DNA of 64,000 bases from Candidatus Eiseniibacteriota bacterium (GCA_963707915.1 OY970178.1:896001-960000), one strand, 5' to 3'. Counted from the first letter of the stretch, positions 38,533 through 48,938 are shown. The notes: generated by a model not told the origin, from the sequence alone. Numbers and translations: made by a program.

Positions 38533-39457
38533 GTGTCCGCGACCCGCACGGCCCCGGCAGCTCGCGGTGCCGCCCGCACCTCGCTCGAGCGCGTCGAGGA
38601 CCATTTCGTCGGACGCTTCGTCGCCATGGCCAGCCCGTGCGAGTTGCTGGTGGACACCGACGAGCGCGCCGGCCCCGAGGCGCTGCTGCGCGTCGCCGAG
38701 CAGGAGGCGCGGCGCATCGAGCACAAGTTCAGTCGTTACCGGCGCGGCAATCTCGTCGATCGCATCAACCACTCGGGCGGCCGGCCGGTCCGCGTGGACG
38801 AGGAGACCGCGCGGCTCCTCGACTACGCCGCGACGTGCCACGAACTGTCGGACGGGATGTTCGACATCACCTCCGGGGTGCTGCGCCGGGCCTGGAAGTT
38901 CGACGGCGGCGACCGGGTGCCCGCCGAGGCCGAGGTGCGGGAGCTCCTCCGGCACGTGGGCTGGCACTCGCGTGACGTGGGCCGACTCGACGCTGACGCT
39001 GCCGGCGGGCATGGAGATCGACCTGGGCGGGATCGGCAAGGAGTACGCGGTGGACCGCATCGCGGCGCTGCTGGCGGAGCGGACCGGCGACGCGTTCCTC
39101 GTCAACCTCGGCGGGGACCTCTACGCCAGCGGCGCGCGGCGCGGCGGACGACCGTGGAGCGTGGGGCTCGACGACCCGGAACGCACCGGCGCGGCCGTGC
39201 TCTACCGCATCGACTTCGCCCGCGGCGGCCTGGCCACCAGCGGGGACGCACGCCGCTTCGTGCGATGGCAGGGGAAGCGACTCGGCCACATCCTCGACCC
39301 GAGGACCGGCTGGCCGGTCCGGGACGCCCCGCGCTCGGTGACCGTCCTCGACCGCACCTGCCTCGAGGCCGGCTCGCTCTCCACGCTGGCCTACCTGCAG
39401 GGACCGCGGGCGCGCGAGTTCCTCGAGCAGCAGGGCGTCGAGTTCCGGATCGTCTGA
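38533..39457 (+). CDS. apbE: FAD:protein FMN transferase; frameshift near 38968
   Basis: FVAMASPCE, IEHKFSRYR, SDGMFDIT; then IDLGGIGKEYAVD, VNLGGD, LATSGD, HILDPRTGWP. Confidence 0.92.
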
Positions 39458-39603
39458 AGGGGCGGCCCGCCCGGCCACCGCGGGAGCGGCGGCACGCGGC
39501 CGCTCCTGCACCCGGCCGGATTCCGCTCGCGGCCCAGGCCGCCCCGGTGGCATGATGTCCGCTGCCCGCACCGTCTCCACCTTCCGGCGGGCTGGAGGTC
39601 GGC

Positions 39604-41745
39604 TTGGCCGAGACGTTGCACAGGCCCGCCGCGCGCGAACGCGCGGGCGTCATCGGGTTGATCCTGCTGGGACTGCTCCCGGTCGTGGGCCGGTTCGCCT
39701 CGCCCACGCAGGCGTGGGGCGTCCACCTGACGGGCTACCTCCCGGCCGCCGCCTGGGCCGTCTCGATCGCCGGCTGGGCACTGCTGTTCGTCCCGGCCTG
39801 GCGGCGCCTCGTCGAGCGGCTCCTCTACGACCGCCTCGGCACCGCCCTGCTGGCCGCCCCGGCCAAGCGCGCGTGGCGGCCGGCGCTCGGCGTCCTGCTC
39901 GTCGCGGGCGCGGCGTTCTGGCTGCTGTCGACCCCGACGCACCTGCTGGGCGACGGCGTCCTGGTGGGCGAGATGGTGGGCCGCGGCGCGCGGTTCCGCG
40001 CCACCGACGGGATGGACTTCCTCCTTCACCGGCTCGTCCGCGAAGCGATCGCCCCGGTCGGTGACGTCGAGGCGGCCTTCCGGATCTACGCCTGGGGCAG
40101 CCGGCTGGCCGGGCTCCTCGGCGTGCTCGTCGCGATCCTCCTGCTGCGTCGCTGCCGCCTGCCCGTCCCGGCCCGCGTCCTGCTGCTGGCGCTCTGGCTC
40201 TGCTCCGCCGCGACGCTGCTCTATTGCGGCTACGTCGAGTCGTACGGCTTCCTGTCGGTGGCCCTCCTCGGCTTCGCCTGGTCGGGCGCGATGGCGCAGC
40301 GGGGCGAGGTCCCGTCGTGGCTGCCCGGTCTCTGCTTCGGCTTCGCGCTGTTCCTCCACTCCACCGCCCTGCTCGCGCTGCCGGCCCTGCTCTGGCTCGC
40401 GGCGCGGCCCGGTCCGGCGAAGGTCGCCCGCGGGCGATGGACGCTGGGCCTGCTGCTGCCCGCCGTCCTGCTGCCGCTCGCGGCGGTCCTCGCCCACGTG
40501 GCCCAGGGCTTCGACGCGGTCTGGCTGCGGCGCGAGTTCCTCGACAGCTCGAACCAGCGCTCGCTGCTGGTGGCGCTGCGCGGCGACCACTCGCTGCTCT
40601 CACCGGTCCACTGGAAGGACCTGGCCAACTGGGTCGTGCTCGTCGTGCCGGTGCCGGCCTGGCTGGTCCTGAGCCGCGCCGGGACCCTGCGCCGGCGCCC
40701 CGATGCGCCCGAGGTGCCCTTCCTGCTCGTCCAGGCCGCGTGCTTCGCGATCGCCCTGGTGCTGCTCGACCGCAAGCTGGGCGCCGCGCGGGACTGGGAC
40801 ATCTTCGCGCCGCACGTCGCGGGCCTGGGCTGGCTCGCGGTGCGGTCGTGGGAGCCGGAGAGCATCGCGCGCAGCCGCCCGGGGGCGTGGCCCGGCCTGC
40901 GCTTCGCCGCGCCCTGGGTCGCGGTCCTCCTCGCGTGGCCCTGGTTCGCGGTCAACGCCTCCGGCCCCGCCGCGCTGCGGCGTTTCGCGGAGGTCATCAC
41001 CGATTTCGCGCCCTACCAGCGCGCCTACGCGACGCAGGACCTGGCGAAGTTCCACCGCGACCGCGGGGACCTCGGGAACGCCATCCGGCTGGGCGAGGAG
41101 AGCGTGCGCATCTTCCCGCGCAATGCGCGCTTCCACGCCCTGCTGGGAACGGACTACGTGGCAGCCGGACGCATCGACGACGCCGGGCGACAGTTCGACG
41201 AGGCGCTCCGGCTCGATCCCGGAAATGGGGCGGTATTCGACATGACGGCGAAGCTCGCGCTGCGGCGCGGGGACTTCGCGGGCGCGCTCGATCTCTACCG
41301 CCGGCGCTCGCGGGTGAGCCCCGGCGACCCGGAGGTCTGGTCGGGACTCGGCTACGCCGCCATCCGGGTGCGGGACTTCGCGGAGGCGCGCGGCGCCTTC
41401 CTGCGCGCGGGCACGCTCGCGGACGACCCGCAGTACGACTACTACGCCGGCATCGCGTGCGCCTCGCTCGGGCGCTGGGACGAGGCGGTGGACCGGTTCC
41501 GCCGTTCGGTGCGGGGCGGCGGACCGGGGCAGTACCACTATGGCCTGGCGATGACGCTCGAGGCCCGCGAGGCCGTGCGTCGGGCCGCGGGCCTGGCGGT
41601 GGCCCCCGCGGCCCTGCGCGAGGCCGCGCAGGCCGCGGCCCGCGCCGTGCAGCTCGCGCCCGGGAATCCGCGGATCGCCTGGTACCGGGACCACATCGCC
41701 CGGGTCGTGTCCGGCCAGGAGCCCCCGGCGGTCGTGCCCCGCTGA
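39604..41745 (+). CDS. polytopic membrane protein (GT-C-like) with C-terminal TPR repeats
   Basis: GGAGG SD and TTG start; many TM helices; HLLGDG, CGYVESYG, GAARDWDI; TPR-like helices (FDEALRLDPGN, PEVWSGLG). Confidence 0.7.
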   Translation: MAETLHRPAARERAGVIGLILLGLLPVVGRFASPTQAWGVHLTGYLPAAAWAVSIAGWALLFVPAWRRLVERLLYDRLGTALLAAPAKRAWRPALGVLLVAGAAFWLLSTPTHLLGDGVLVGEMVGRGARFRATDGMDFLLHRLVREAIAPVGDVEAAFRIYAWGSRLAGLLGVLVAILLLRRCRLPVPARVLLLALWLCSAATLLYCGYVESYGFLSVALLGFAWSGAMAQRGEVPSWLPGLCFGFALFLHSTALLALPALLWLAARPGPAKVARGRWTLGLLLPAVLLPLAAVLAHVAQGFDAVWLRREFLDSSNQRSLLVALRGDHSLLSPVHWKDLANWVVLVVPVPAWLVLSRAGTLRRRPDAPEVPFLLVQAACFAIALVLLDRKLGAARDWDIFAPHVAGLGWLAVRSWEPESIARSRPGAWPGLRFAAPWVAVLLAWPWFAVNASGPAALRRFAEVITDFAPYQRAYATQDLAKFHRDRGDLGNAIRLGEESVRIFPRNARFHALLGTDYVAAGRIDDAGRQFDEALRLDPGNGAVFDMTAKLALRRGDFAGALDLYRRRSRVSPGDPEVWSGLGYAAIRVRDFAEARGAFLRAGTLADDPQYDYYAGIACASLGRWDEAVDRFRRSVRGGGPGQYHYGLAMTLEAREAVRRAAGLAVAPAALREAAQAAARAVQLAPGNPRIAWYRDHIARVVSGQEPPAVVPR

Positions 41746-41791
41746 CCCGGGGCCACCGCGCTTCCCCGGCTCCGGGGGCGGGGGCGGCCGG

Positions 41792-41851
41792 GGCCGCGCG
41801 AAAGCGGCCGCGCGAAAGCGGGTTGCCCCCGGGTCCGAGTCTGGCTACCCT
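41792..41851 (+). promoter_or_regulatory. perfect 14-bp tandem repeat abutting a sigma70-like promoter
   Basis: GGCCGCGCGAAAGC x2 at 41792-41819, then TTGCCC-N17-TACCCT at 41823-41851. Confidence 0.4.
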
Positions 41852-41936
41852 GACCGCGACTCCCCCGTCCGATCTCACCGTCGGCAAGCCCGGGGCTCTC
41901 CCCGGGCGCCCGAATGACCGCAAAGGAGATGGAGCC

Positions 41937-42809
41937 ATGCGCAAACCGGTCGTGATCGCCCTCATCGCCGTCGCCGTCGTGCTCGCCATCGTGGCCGCCG
42001 TGCTCTTCGCGAGATACCGCAAGGTCTCCACGGAATACACGAACATGCGCCTGGCGGAAGAGACGGCGCGGGTCGGCTACAGCGAGGCCTTCAACGCCAT
42101 CACCGAGATCCAGGACAGCCTGAACGCCATCGCGGTCGGCGACACCGCGGTGCAGATGCTCTCGGCCGGGGCCCAGTCGGAGCTGAAGGTGACCGAGGCG
42201 GTGCGCCGCCAGGCGCTCGACCGGGTGAACCTCCTCAACGCGAGCCTGAAGCGCAACAAGGAGAAGATCCGCAGGCTGGAGGCCACCTTGCGGAAGAGCG
42301 GCGTCAAGGTCGCCGGCCTGGAGAAGATGATCGTCACCCTCAAGCAGACCATGATGGAGAAGGAGGCCCTCGTCTCCCAGCTCACGGGCCGGGTGGACTC
42401 CCTCCAGGTCTCGGTCACCGGGTTGACGAGCGAGGTGCAGCGCGGGCAGGAGACGATCCGGGCGCGCGAGCAGTCCATCGAGGAGAAGCAGCGCGAGCTG
42501 GCGACCATCTACTACATCGTCGGCTCGAAGAAGGAGCTCACCACCCTGGGCTTCATCGTGGCGAAGGGCGGAGTGCTCGGCATGGGCAAGACCGTGGAGG
42601 CCACGGGCCGCTACACCGAGAGCTACTTCACCTCGCTGAACACCGACGAGGAGAGCATCATCCCCACCTCGGCGGCCAAGGTGGAGGTCGTCACCGCCCA
42701 GGCCCCGGCCAGCTACGAGCTGAAGGCGGTGGCCGGCCTGATGGAGCTCCACATCCTCGACGCCCGGGAGTTCCGCAAGGTGAAGCACCTCGTCATCATG
42801 ACGAAGTAG
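41937..42809 (+). CDS. membrane-anchored coiled-coil protein, similar to Bacteroidota Cbp1-like surface proteins
   Basis: N-terminal TM; EIQDSLNAI; long coiled coil; C-terminal YYIVGSKKEL...KGGVLGMG...LVIMTK. Confidence 0.65.
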   Translation: MRKPVVIALIAVAVVLAIVAAVLFARYRKVSTEYTNMRLAEETARVGYSEAFNAITEIQDSLNAIAVGDTAVQMLSAGAQSELKVTEAVRRQALDRVNLLNASLKRNKEKIRRLEATLRKSGVKVAGLEKMIVTLKQTMMEKEALVSQLTGRVDSLQVSVTGLTSEVQRGQETIRAREQSIEEKQRELATIYYIVGSKKELTTLGFIVAKGGVLGMGKTVEATGRYTESYFTSLNTDEESIIPTSAAKVEVVTAQAPASYELKAVAGLMELHILDAREFRKVKHLVIMTK

Positions 42810-42827
42810 CCCTCCGGCCGGGTCCGA

Positions 42828-42861
42828 CGAAGGCCCGCGGCGATCGTGCCGCGGGCCTTCG
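42828..42861 (+). terminator. stem-loop after the coiled-coil gene
   Basis: CGAAGGCCCGCGGC-gatcgt-GCCGCGGGCCTTCG. Confidence 0.65.
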
Positions 42862-42954
42862 CGCTTGCGGCCCGCAGGCGCGTCCGCGGGCCGGCGATGC
42901 CGCGCCTTGCGCACGGCCCATCCCGGTCGTAGCCTCCCGCGCAGGAGGTGCCCC

Positions 42955-44010
42955 ATGGACGACGAGTTGCCAGCCGATCCGCAGAACCTCGACCGACGCG
43001 ACTTCCTCCGCCTGGGCACCGCGGCCGGCGCGGGGATCCTGACCGGCGCCCTGGCCCGGCCCGCGGGCGCCGCGTTGCCCCCGCTCCCGGTGAACCCCCG
43101 CACGCCCGGGGCGATGCCGACGCGCAACCTGGGCCGCACCGGCTACCGCGTCGGCATCTTCAGCCTCGGCGGCCAGGCCGCGATCGAGCAGCCCGACAAC
43201 GAGGCGGTGGCCGTCCCGATCGTGGAGCGCGCGCTCGACCTCGGCGTGAACTACGTGGACACGGCCGCGGCGTACGGCGGCCCGCAGCGCTGGAGCCAAC
43301 GCTACATCGGGAAGGTGATGAAGCGCCGGCGCAAGGAGGCGTTCCTCACTTCGAAGACCGGCGACCGGACACGCGACGGATCGCTGCGCCTGCTCGAGGA
43401 GTCGCTGCGCCTGCTGAACACCGATCACCTCGACCTCTGGCAGATCCACAACCTCTCGCGCATGGACCAGGTGGAGGAGATCTTCGCGCCGGGCGGCGCC
43501 GTCGCGGCGCTGCAGCAGGCCCGCGAGCAGAAGATGGTGCGCTTCATCGGCGTCACCGGACACGCCGACCCGGACGTCCTGATGGAGGCGATCCGCCGCT
43601 TCGACTTCGACACGCTGCTGCTGGCGCTCAACGCGGCCGACCCGCACCACCTGAGCTTCGCCGAGAAGCTCCTGCCGGCGGCGGTCGAGAAGCGGATGGG
43701 CATCATCGGCATGAAGGTCCCGGCCCGCGGCCGCATCCTCGCGTCCTGGACGCCGCCGCCGCTCGAGCAGCAGCGCGAGATCGAGCGGCCGGCGCGGCCC
43801 GGCACGCTCCAGATGCGCGAGGCGCTGTACTACGTGCTGTCGCTCCCGGTGAGCACCGTCATCGTGGGTTGCGACTCGGTGGCCCAGGTCGAGGAGGACG
43901 TGGCGCTGGCCCGCTCCTTCACGCCGCTGAGCCCCGACCAGATGGCCGCCCTGACCGCGCGCACGGAGCCGATCGCGAAGCAGGCGCTCTCCTTCCGCCG
44001 CTGGTCCTGA
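42955..44010 (+). CDS. Tat-exported aldo/keto reductase
   Basis: AGGAGG SD; twin-arginine signal DRRDFLR; RNLGRTG, YVDTAAAYG, TSK, DLWQIH, IGVTGH, IGMK. Confidence 0.9.
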   Translation: MDDELPADPQNLDRRDFLRLGTAAGAGILTGALARPAGAALPPLPVNPRTPGAMPTRNLGRTGYRVGIFSLGGQAAIEQPDNEAVAVPIVERALDLGVNYVDTAAAYGGPQRWSQRYIGKVMKRRRKEAFLTSKTGDRTRDGSLRLLEESLRLLNTDHLDLWQIHNLSRMDQVEEIFAPGGAVAALQQAREQKMVRFIGVTGHADPDVLMEAIRRFDFDTLLLALNAADPHHLSFAEKLLPAAVEKRMGIIGMKVPARGRILASWTPPPLEQQREIERPARPGTLQMREALYYVLSLPVSTVIVGCDSVAQVEEDVALARSFTPLSPDQMAALTARTEPIAKQALSFRRWS

Positions 44011-44012
44011 GA

Positions 44013-44050
44013 CGACCGCCGCCCGGCCCCTGCAACGGGCCGGGCGGCGT
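44013..44050. terminator. stem-loop between the convergent AKR and S9 genes
   Basis: CGCCGCCCGGCCC...GGGCCGGGCGGCG. Confidence 0.5.
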
Positions 44051-44085
44051 CGCGGGCGCGCGTCGGCGCCTCCCCCGCGATCCCG

Positions 44086-46138
44086 CTACTTCTTCGTCCA
44101 CTGGTCGAGCCAGCCGATCACCGTCTCGTGCCAGAGGATGCTGTTCCTCGGCTTCAGCACCCAGTGGTTCTCGTCGGGGAAGTAGAGGAACCGGCTCGGG
44201 ATGCCGAGCCGCTGCAGCGCGGTGAACGTGCTGATGCCGTTCACGTAGGGGATGCGGTAGTCGCGCCCGCCGTGCACCACGAGGGTCGGGGTCTTCCAGT
44301 TCTTCACGAAGTGGACCGGGTTCTGCTTCTCGTAGCCCCGCGGGTTCGACCACGGCGTGCCGCCGTGCTCGTACTCGGGGAACCACAGTTCCTCGGTGCC
44401 GAAGTACGCCGCACGCTCGTCGAGGTTGCCGTCGTGGGTCACCAGGCAGCGGAAACGGTCGGGCCAGTTGCCCGCGATCCAGTTGGTCATGTAGGCGCCG
44501 TAGGACGCGCCCAGCGCCGCCACGCGCGTGCCGTCCATCCACGGGTAGCGCTGCAGCGCGGCGTCGAGCCCCCTCTTCAGGTCCTCGAGCGGCTTGCCGC
44601 CCCAGTCGTCGCGGATCGCGTCCTGGAACGCCTGCCCGTAGCCGGTCGAGCCGTGGAAGTCCACGGCCACGGTGGCGTAGCCGGCGCCGGCGTAGGTCTG
44701 CGGGATTCCAGCGGTAGTGGAAGTCGTTGCCGAAGGAGCCCTGCGGACCGCCGTGGATGAGGAAGGCCACCGGGTACTTCTTCGCCGGATCGAAGTCCAC
44801 GGGCCTGACGACGGTGCAGTAGACCAGGTCGCCCCGGGCGCCCTTGAACGTGAACTGGTCCGGCTCTCCCATCTTCGCCGCGGCGACCTTCTCGGCGTTG
44901 ATGCGGGTGAGGGTGGCGACGTCGCCACCGTCCGGGCGCACCGAGTAGAGCTCGGCCGGGGACCGGAGGTTCTCCTGGGCGTATGCGACGCGCTCCGGGC
45001 CCACCGAGATGGACTTGATCGTCCCCTTGTCCACCACCGTGCGTACCGCGCCGCTCGCCACGTCCACCGCGAAGAGCGAGCCCTGTCCGAGGTTGTCGGC
45101 CACGGCGTAGAGGGACCTTCCGTCCGGCGCCCAGGCGATCGCGGAAGGCGAGCGGTCCCACGCCTCGCTCAGCACCCGCGCCGGGCCGTCGGGCCAGGGC
45201 ATGAGCACGATGCGGAAGCGGTCGGCCTCGAATCCCGGGATCTTCATGGCGAGATAGGCGAGCGTCCTCCCGTCGGGCGAGAACGCCGGCTGCGTGTCCC
45301 ACGCGCGGTTCGCGGCGGTGAGGACGCGCGGCGGCGCCGAGCCGTCGAGCGGCACGGCGAAGAGGTCGAAGTTCGTGGACCAGGCCTCCTCGCGTCCGGC
45401 CGCCTTCGCCGAGAAGACGACGGACCGGCCGTCGGGGTGGATCGCGAACTCCTCGGCGCCGCCGAAGGGCTTGCTCGGGCTGTCGGCGTCCATCGCCTTC
45501 ATCAGGTCCACGGCCTCGCCGCCCGAGACGGGCACGACGAACAGGTGGGAACGCCGGCCGTCGTTCCAGGCGTCCCAGTGGCGCACGAAGAGCTTCTCGT
45601 AGATGCGCCCGCTCGGGCCGGCCTTCTCCGTCGCCTCCGTCGCCTCGAGCCGCTGCTGCGTCTCCGCGGGCCCGGCGCCCGGGAAGACATCCATCGCCAC
45701 CACCAGGTGCGCGTCATCCGGGGCGGCCTGGAAGGCGTTGACGTCGAGCGGCAGCCGGGTGACCTGCTCCGCCTCGCCGCCCGTCACCGGGATGCGCCAG
45801 ACCTGCGAGGACCCCGACCGGCTCGAGAGGAACCAGACCGACCGGCCGTCGGCCGCCCAGCGCGGGTCCGAGTCGCCGGCCTCGTGGGAGGTGAGGCGCC
45901 TGAGCCCGACGCCGTCGGAGCCGACCAGCCACAGGTCGGTGCGCCGGCGATCGTGCTCCAAGTCGGTGCGGCTCAGCACGAAGACGACCAGCCGGCCGTC
46001 GGGCGAGACCCGCGGGTCGGAGACGCGATCCATCGCGAGCAGGTCATGGACCGAGAACGGGTGGGGCGCCGTCGCCGGGGCGGCGATCGCGGCCAGCGGA
46101 GTGCCCAGCATCCACAGCAAGAGGACCGCACGGAACAT
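44086..46138 (-). CDS. secreted S9 family peptidase (dipeptidyl-peptidase 5-like); frameshift near 44705
   Basis: Signal peptide; SPDG propeller repeats; IHGGPQ; GASYG nucleophile; HGGRDYRIP; FPDENHWVLKP. Confidence 0.93.
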
Positions 46139-46433
46139 GGAGACCTCCAAATGAGGGTGGACATTCGATCGACGAACGATGCATCCTAGCGCGGAGGGCA
46201 TCGCGGGGACCATCGCGCGGAACCTCGGCGCGGGGCATCGAAGTCGGCGGAACCGTCGGTGCGACGGCCCGGCGGCTCCGCCGCTGGCGCCGACACCGCG
46301 GTCCGCCCCGCGCAGCCCTCCCGAATCGGGTGAAGCTGCGCGTGCAAGTCGCCGATAAACAATGGACTACCGTTCGTCCGGACGGCGCGCGCGGTGAACC
46401 ATGGACCTGGCTGCATCCAACGAAAGGCTCCCG

Positions 46434-46928
46434 ATGAGACCCCTCGCACTGCTCTTCCCTCGACGCGCCGCCGCCACGCTCGTCGTGGCCTGCCTCGGGC
46501 TCCTGTTCTGCGTCCCCGCCCACGCGCGGCCCGCGCACCGGGCCGTCAAGCGCCGGCCGCCGGCCGTCGTCCAGGCGAAGCCGGTCACGCCGCCCGCCGT
46601 GGCCGTCGCCGCATCCCCGGTCGGCGCCGCCGGGATGATCGTGAGCATCGACCCCGAAACCGGCGCGCTCGTGGTCCCCACCGCGGATCAGGTGCGCCAG
46701 CTGACCGGGGCCGAGCGGACCGGGCTGATGCGCACGTCCGAGGGACTCACCGAGGTGCGCCTCCCCAACGGCGCCGTGATGGTGGACCTGCAGGGCCGCT
46801 TCATGGAGTTCAGCCTCGCGCAGATCGACGCCACCGGCCGGCCGCACTTCTTCGGCGTGAATGACGAGACCGTGCTGCGCGCGCTGCTGGCGCGACGCGT
46901 CCCCACCCCCGCCCTCGAGGAGAAGTAG
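46434..46928 (+). CDS. small secreted protein that precedes the PA-domain protease
   Basis: Signal ending AHA; GMIVSIDPETGALVVP...LPNGAVMVDLQGRFM; stop 2 nt before the next ATG. Confidence 0.7.
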   Translation: MRPLALLFPRRAAATLVVACLGLLFCVPAHARPAHRAVKRRPPAVVQAKPVTPPAVAVAASPVGAAGMIVSIDPETGALVVPTADQVRQLTGAERTGLMRTSEGLTEVRLPNGAVMVDLQGRFMEFSLAQIDATGRPHFFGVNDETVLRALLARRVPTPALEEK

Positions 46929-46930
46929 CC

Positions 46931-48865
46931 ATGACGACGCGCATCCTCCGTCCTCTGCTGCGGCTCCTCCCGGCGCTCGCGATCGTGTTCGCCGTCGCCA
47001 CGACCCGAGCGGCGACCATCACCATCGTCAACATGGACGGCGCGGGCGAGGGCTTCAATGACCCGACCCCGGCGGTCCCGGTGGGCGGGAACAGCGGCAC
47101 CACCGTCGGCCAGCAGCGCCTCATCGTCTTCCAGCAGGCCGCGGCCATCTGGGGCGGCATCCTGCCGAGCGCGGTGGAGATCCGGGTCACCGCCGCCTTC
47201 AACCCGCTCAGTTGCACCTCCACCACCGCGGTGCTGGGCAGTTGCGGCGCAACGCAGATCTACCGGGACTTCGCCGGCGCCGAGTTCGCCGGGACCTGGT
47301 ACTGCAAGGCCCTGGCCGACAAGCTCGACGGCACGGATCTCAATCCCGCCAGCGCGGACATGAACGCCCAGTTCAACACCAACCTCGGCGCCACCGGTTG
47401 CCTGGACGGCACCTTCTGGTACTACGGGCTCGACCACAATCACGGGACGAGCATCGACCTGCTCGTCGTCCTGCTCCACGAGATGGGCCATGGGCTCGGT
47501 TTCCAGACCTTCATCAACGGCACCACCGGCGCGCTCTTCAGCAGCTACCCGGACATCTTCTCCAAGTTCCTCTACGATCAGACCACGGGGCTCCACTGGG
47601 ACGAGGAGTCGGCCGGCCAGCGCGCGGCCTCGGCGATCGTGCCCTACAAGCTGCTCTGGGACGGCGCGGCGACGAAGTTCATGGCCCCGAACACGCTGCA
47701 GTTCGGACGGGCCGTCCTGCGGGTGAACGCGCCCGCGGGGATCGCCGGTGACTACCCCGTGGGGACCGCCAGCTTCGGGCCTGCGCTCTCCAGCCCGGGC
47801 GTGACCGCCCCGGTGGTGCTGGCCGACGACGGCGCCGCTCCGACCAGCGACGCCTGCACGGCGCTCATCAACGGTGCCCAGGTGGCCGGCAAGATCGCCA
47901 TCGTGGACCGCGGCACCTGCAACTTCACGGTCAAGGTCAAGGCCTGCCAGGACGCGGGCGCCGTGGGCGTCATCGTCGCGGACAACGCCGCCGGTTCCCC
48001 GCCCGCGGGGCTCGGCGGCACGGACGCCACCATCACCATCCCCGCGGTGCGCGTCACGCAGGCCGACGGCGTCACGCTCAAGGCGCAGATCGCCTCGGGG
48101 CTCAACGTCACCCTGCTGGCCGACCCGGCGCTGATGGCCGGGGCGGATTCCCAGGGCCGGGTGATGATGTACACGCCGAACCCGTTCCAGTCGGGCTCGT
48201 CGGTCTCGCACTTCGACGTGTCCTGCACGCCCAACCTGCTCATGGAGCCGGCGGTCAACGCCGACCTGACCTCGAGCGTCGACCTCACCCGCTTCGCGTT
48301 CGAGGACATGGGCTGGCTGCCGCGCACCACGTCGGTGATGGTCTCGCTGGTGAACGCCCTGGTCGTCGACGGGGCGGTCCAGATCACCTGGCAGATCGAC
48401 GGCGGCCTCGAGGCGACGGTCGAGCGAAGCCACGGCGACGGCGCGTGGCAGGCCGGCCCCCGGCTTTCGGTCGACGGCACCGGCCGGATGGAATACCAGG
48501 ACAGCGACGTGGTCCCGGGTCAGCGCTACGGCTACCGGCTGGTGCTGCTCGACGCGGGCACCGAGGTCCGCGCCGGCGAGGTGTGGGTGGACGTGCCGCT
48601 CGGCAGCCGGCTCGCGCTGCGCGGGGCGGCGCCGAACCCGTCGCGGGGCGGATTGAGGATCGCGTTCACGCTGCCGTCCGCCGGGCCGGTGCGGCTCGAG
48701 TTGTACGACGTGGGCGGCCGTCGCGTGCTGGAGCGCACGCAGGCCTTCCCCGCCGGCAGCCACGTCACGGACCTCGGCGACGCAGACCTCGCCGCCGGCG
48801 TCTACCTCGTGCGGCTCACCCACGGCGGCCAATCGCTCACATCGCGCGCCTGCCTGGTCAGGTGA
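46931..48865 (+). CDS. secreted zinc metalloprotease with PA domain and C-terminal FlgD-Ig/T9SS-like domain
   Basis: GEGFNDPT, HEMGHGLGF zincin motif, PA domain (GKIAIVDRGTCNFTVK), GSSVSHFD, LMEP; tail PNPS...YDVGGR...GVYLVRL. Confidence 0.88.
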   Translation: MTTRILRPLLRLLPALAIVFAVATTRAATITIVNMDGAGEGFNDPTPAVPVGGNSGTTVGQQRLIVFQQAAAIWGGILPSAVEIRVTAAFNPLSCTSTTAVLGSCGATQIYRDFAGAEFAGTWYCKALADKLDGTDLNPASADMNAQFNTNLGATGCLDGTFWYYGLDHNHGTSIDLLVVLLHEMGHGLGFQTFINGTTGALFSSYPDIFSKFLYDQTTGLHWDEESAGQRAASAIVPYKLLWDGAATKFMAPNTLQFGRAVLRVNAPAGIAGDYPVGTASFGPALSSPGVTAPVVLADDGAAPTSDACTALINGAQVAGKIAIVDRGTCNFTVKVKACQDAGAVGVIVADNAAGSPPAGLGGTDATITIPAVRVTQADGVTLKAQIASGLNVTLLADPALMAGADSQGRVMMYTPNPFQSGSSVSHFDVSCTPNLLMEPAVNADLTSSVDLTRFAFEDMGWLPRTTSVMVSLVNALVVDGAVQITWQIDGGLEATVERSHGDGAWQAGPRLSVDGTGRMEYQDSDVVPGQRYGYRLVLLDAGTEVRAGEVWVDVPLGSRLALRGAAPNPSRGGLRIAFTLPSAGPVRLELYDVGGRRVLERTQAFPAGSHVTDLGDADLAAGVYLVRLTHGGQSLTSRACLVR

Positions 48866-48938
48866 GACCCGGCGCACCCGCGACGCGACACCGCTGACTC
48901 CCGGGCGGCCACCTCGGACCGAGGTGGCCGCCCGCTCG

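Noticed and set aside
41790..41835. GCGAAAGC hairpins as a possible c-di-GMP-I riboswitch
   Set aside because: It lacks the GGCAAAC/GACGCAAAG architecture and is better explained as a tandem repeat.
40224..41936. 861-aa ORF extending the Cbp1-like gene upstream
   Set aside because: This is an alternate frame of the TPR membrane gene. A good SD and TM start lie at 41937.
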